A program made the position numbers and the translations under genes. From sequence record OQ411014.1: DNA of 64,000 nt, one strand, 5' to 3'. Within the stretch, counting starts at the first letter, position 1. The number at the start of each line of letters is the position of its first letter. Of the stretch, positions 61,339 through 64,000 are shown piece by piece. The notes beneath the pieces were generated by a model. It saw only the letters and a program-made list of their open reading frames with translations. It was not told where the DNA came from and did no database searches.

Positions 61339-64000
61339 ATGTACGTAGATGGATATATGGAACGTAAGCGTGGTTCAGAAGTTCTTCACGTAGCTGAACG
61401 TGTCAATGGTAAACGTGTACTACGAGAACTAGATCCAGTGTACGAGTACTATGTTGAGTCACCGTACGGTACACAAAAGACAATTCACGGAACTATGGCT
61501 GAGAAGTTTGAGTTCAGTACATATCGTGATATGAAAGCATCCCTAGAGCGTCACGCCGGATGCAAAATCTTTGAATCTGACTGTAACGTCACCTTCAAAA
61601 CACTAGCTAAACGTTATATGGGTAAAGCATCACCAGACCTGAACGTATTGTTCTTCGATATCGAGACAGACTTTCATGAAAAGTTTGGTTATGCACCAAC
61701 ACATGATCCATTCAACCGTGTAACTGCAATTTCTCTGTATCAAAGTTGGACTGGTTGTGATTATGTTCTAACACTACCACCTGCAAGTATGAGTCTTATC
61801 CAGGCACAAGAAATTGTGAATGAACTCAACGCAGAGACTAATGATGAAAACAGTAAAGTAATTCTTTACACTGACGAAAAAGAGATGTTCATCGAATTCT
61901 TCTCTCTAATGCAGGACGCAGATGTATTGTCCGGCTGGAACAGTGAGTTCTATGATATTCCTTACATGATCAACCGTACTAAGAAGCTATTCAATGAAGC
62001 AATGTTGGCTCATTGGTGTCTTTGGAACAAAAAACCTGTTTCCCGTGAAGCTGATAACTTTGGTAAAGTTGTTGTTACATATGACCTAGTAGGTCGTGTA
62101 CACCTTGACTACTTAGCACTTTACAAGAAACACGCCGGACAAGTTGAACAGTCCTATCGTCTAGATGATATTGCTGAGAAAGTAACTGGCGAAAACAAAG
62201 TTGCATACGATGGTTCTTTGAACAAACTATACAACGAAGATTACAAAATGTTCTTACGATATTCTAAGCAGGATAGTATCCTACTGAAGAAAATTGATGA
62301 GAAGATGGACTTCATCAGTCTACATAACCGACTAGCTCATAAAGAATGTGTACTAATCAGTACTACAATGGGTTCGGTAGCACTAATCGACACATCTATC
62401 ATCAACAAAGCACACAAACGTGGTGAAGTAGTTTTTGATAAGAAGAATCAGGACGAAGTTGAAGTTGATGATCGTTATGATTTTATGGGTGACGATAATG
62501 ATGATGGTGAAGAAGAGAAAGTAGCAGCAAAAGCAGCGGGTGCATGGGTACAAGATCCAGTACTGGGTTTAGTTGACTTCTTAGGATGTACTGACTTTAA
62601 CAGTCTATATCCAACAGTTCTTCGTTCACTAGGTATGAGTACTGAATGTATTATCGGGCAATTGCGTCATGATTATACTGAAGCACACCTTGAGAAACGT
62701 GTTGCAGACCAACGTGCTAAATCTAAATCCAAAGCATTTGAACCGGATTGGACAGCAGCATGGCATGGTTTGTTTGCTAGTATTGAGTTCACAATGGTTC
62801 GTGAGAAATCACAAAGCCTAATCAATGTTGATTTGGAAGATGGTAGTACTTTCCAAGCAACTGGTGAACAACTATATGAACTAATCTTTGCTGAAGATAG
62901 TACTATTGTTCTTTCCGCTAACGGAACACTATTTGATAAAACCAAAAATGGTGTAATCCCAGAGATCCTTACTGAATGGTACTCTGAGCGTAAATGTCAG
63001 CAGAAGATGGTCATCGATTATAAACACATGTACAGTGACGGTTGGGAATTGCCTTCATCTTCTCTTGACAAGATTGAAGCTGCTATGCAAAACTACACAG
63101 CAGGTACAGAATTTTACCGTACTAACTTACATGATGATGACCCAGTATATCTCCTACGTATTGCACTAACTAATGCAAACTATGAAGATGTAGCTAAACT
63201 TGTGGTTGAGAACGGTCTAGTACTGAAAGATGGTCGTCTATTCTGTAAGAAAGAAGATAAAGACTACTTCAAGAAACAAAGTGCGTTCTGGAAACAGAAC
63301 CAGCAGATTCGTAAGATTCTTCTGAACTCCCTCTATGGTGCACTACTAAACAAAGGTTCTCGTTTCTTTGATAAGCGTCTAGGTCAGTCTGTAACCCTAA
63401 CAGGTCGTAGTATGACTAAACACATGGCATCTCGTATCAATGAGATTGTTACTGGTGAATACAACCACGAAGGTGGATGTGTAATCTATGGTGATACCGA
63501 CTCCGTATATTTCAGTGTTGCTCACTATATGAAAGAACAAGGTTTTGAATTCAACCTAAACCGTACTGAAGTAGTTGATTTGTATGTCAAGATTGGTGAT
63601 GAAATGGGTGAAAACTTCTATGAATTCATGAATGATAGCTTCAACACTGGTATTGAGAAAGGTAAATTGGTTGGTGCAGATCTTGAGATGGTTGGTTCAC
63701 GCGGACTATTCCTGAAGAAGAAGCGTTATGCTATTCTGAAGTACTGGGAAGATGGTTTCCGTAAAGATGAAAATGGTGAAGTTGGTGAAATCAAAGCGAT
63801 GGGATTGGAAATCAAACGTTCCGATACACCTAAGTACATCCAGAACTTCCTACAAAGTACTTTGATTGCACTACTTGTTGGTGAATCCGAAGATGAACTT
63901 CGTGCTCGTGTTCGTGAATTCAAATGTACATTCAAGGATAAACCATCACATGAGAAAGGTGCTCCACGTACAGTGAAGAAGTACACTCATCACGAGGAAG
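61339..64000 (+). CDS. gp43: Family B DNA polymerase, T4 gp43-like (5' part, runs off the window)
   Basis: ATG 61339 with RBS aaggag. My translation gives ExoI DIETD, ExoII WNSEFYD, ExoIII YSKQD, motif A DFNSLYP, motif B RKILLNSLYG, motif C YGDTDS and KKKRY; no stop before 64000. Confidence 0.95.
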   Translation, partial: MYVDGYMERKRGSEVLHVAERVNGKRVLRELDPVYEYYVESPYGTQKTIHGTMAEKFEFSTYRDMKASLERHAGCKIFESDCNVTFKTLAKRYMGKASPDLNVLFFDIETDFHEKFGYAPTHDPFNRVTAISLYQSWTGCDYVLTLPPASMSLIQAQEIVNELNAETNDENSKVILYTDEKEMFIEFFSLMQDADVLSGWNSEFYDIPYMINRTKKLFNEAMLAHWCLWNKKPVSREADNFGKVVVTYDLVGRVHLDYLALYKKHAGQVEQSYRLDDIAEKVTGENKVAYDGSLNKLYNEDYKMFLRYSKQDSILLKKIDEKMDFISLHNRLAHKECVLISTTMGSVALIDTSIINKAHKRGEVVFDKKNQDEVEVDDRYDFMGDDNDDGEEEKVAAKAAGAWVQDPVLGLVDFLGCTDFNSLYPTVLRSLGMSTECIIGQLRHDYTEAHLEKRVADQRAKSKSKAFEPDWTAAWHGLFASIEFTMVREKSQSLINVDLEDGSTFQATGEQLYELIFAEDSTIVLSANGTLFDKTKNGVIPEILTEWYSERKCQQKMVIDYKHMYSDGWELPSSSLDKIEAAMQNYTAGTEFYRTNLHDDDPVYLLRIALTNANYEDVAKLVVENGLVLKDGRLFCKKEDKDYFKKQSAFWKQNQQIRKILLNSLYGALLNKGSRFFDKRLGQSVTLTGRSMTKHMASRINEIVTGEYNHEGGCVIYGDTDSVYFSVAHYMKEQGFEFNLNRTEVVDLYVKIGDEMGENFYEFMNDSFNTGIEKGKLVGADLEMVGSRGLFLKKKRYAILKYWEDGFRKDENGEVGEIKAMGLEIKRSDTPKYIQNFLQSTLIALLVGESEDELRARVREFKCTFKDKPSHEKGAPRTVKKYTHHEE

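Noticed and set aside
62995-63300. Possible intein in the DNA polymerase (segment begins with Cys after ERK)
   Set aside because: There is no C-terminal His-Asn followed by Cys/Ser/Thr and no LAGLIDADG motif; the length fits an extended fingers domain of T4/RB69-type polymerases.

Overview
A 64 kb slice of an AT-rich lytic jumbo myovirus with T4-like core genes. Gene content and order resemble the RaK2/GAP32/121Q/CBB-type group of Gammaproteobacteria phages; this is an inference, no database was searched. Left to right: the end of a nucleotide-metabolism operon with thymidylate synthase; fibre and virion proteins, including a 1869-aa repeat protein and a collagen-like protein; a Nudix hydrolase; neck and tail-completion genes (gp15- and gp14-like); a host-like ClpA; the baseplate module (3344-aa protein, gp6, gp25, lysozyme, gp5, hub, gp53 and tube-initiator-like); late sigma factor gp55, gp47, gp46 and endonuclease VII; a ~1 kb non-coding region; a gp26/gp51-like pair; a tape-measure-like gene; the head module (gp20, two core proteins, gp21, gp22, gp23); a free-standing homing endonuclease; a tail fibre with Tfa chaperone; a DsbA-like protein; and the 5' part of a family B DNA polymerase, which is missing from the ORF track. 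The main observations not explained by the gene list are: (1) roughly 10-fold over-representation of the palindrome AGTACT, apparently at synonymous positions; (2) a promoter- and terminator-bounded, hairpin-rich ~440-nt transcript with no convincing ORF, flanked by an AGTACT cluster and an AT-rich repeat tract (candidate ncRNA and/or R-loop origin); (3) a canonical -1 slippery site that would fuse the gp26-like ORF to the next ORF; (4) a recoded 3' patch of the major capsid gene beside a homing endonuclease; (5) a ClpA whose ClpP-docking loop reads IGG; (6) a gp5 spike with C-terminal cargo (degenerate M23 domain plus lysozyme). No tRNA, rRNA, CRISPR array or reverse transcriptase was recognised.
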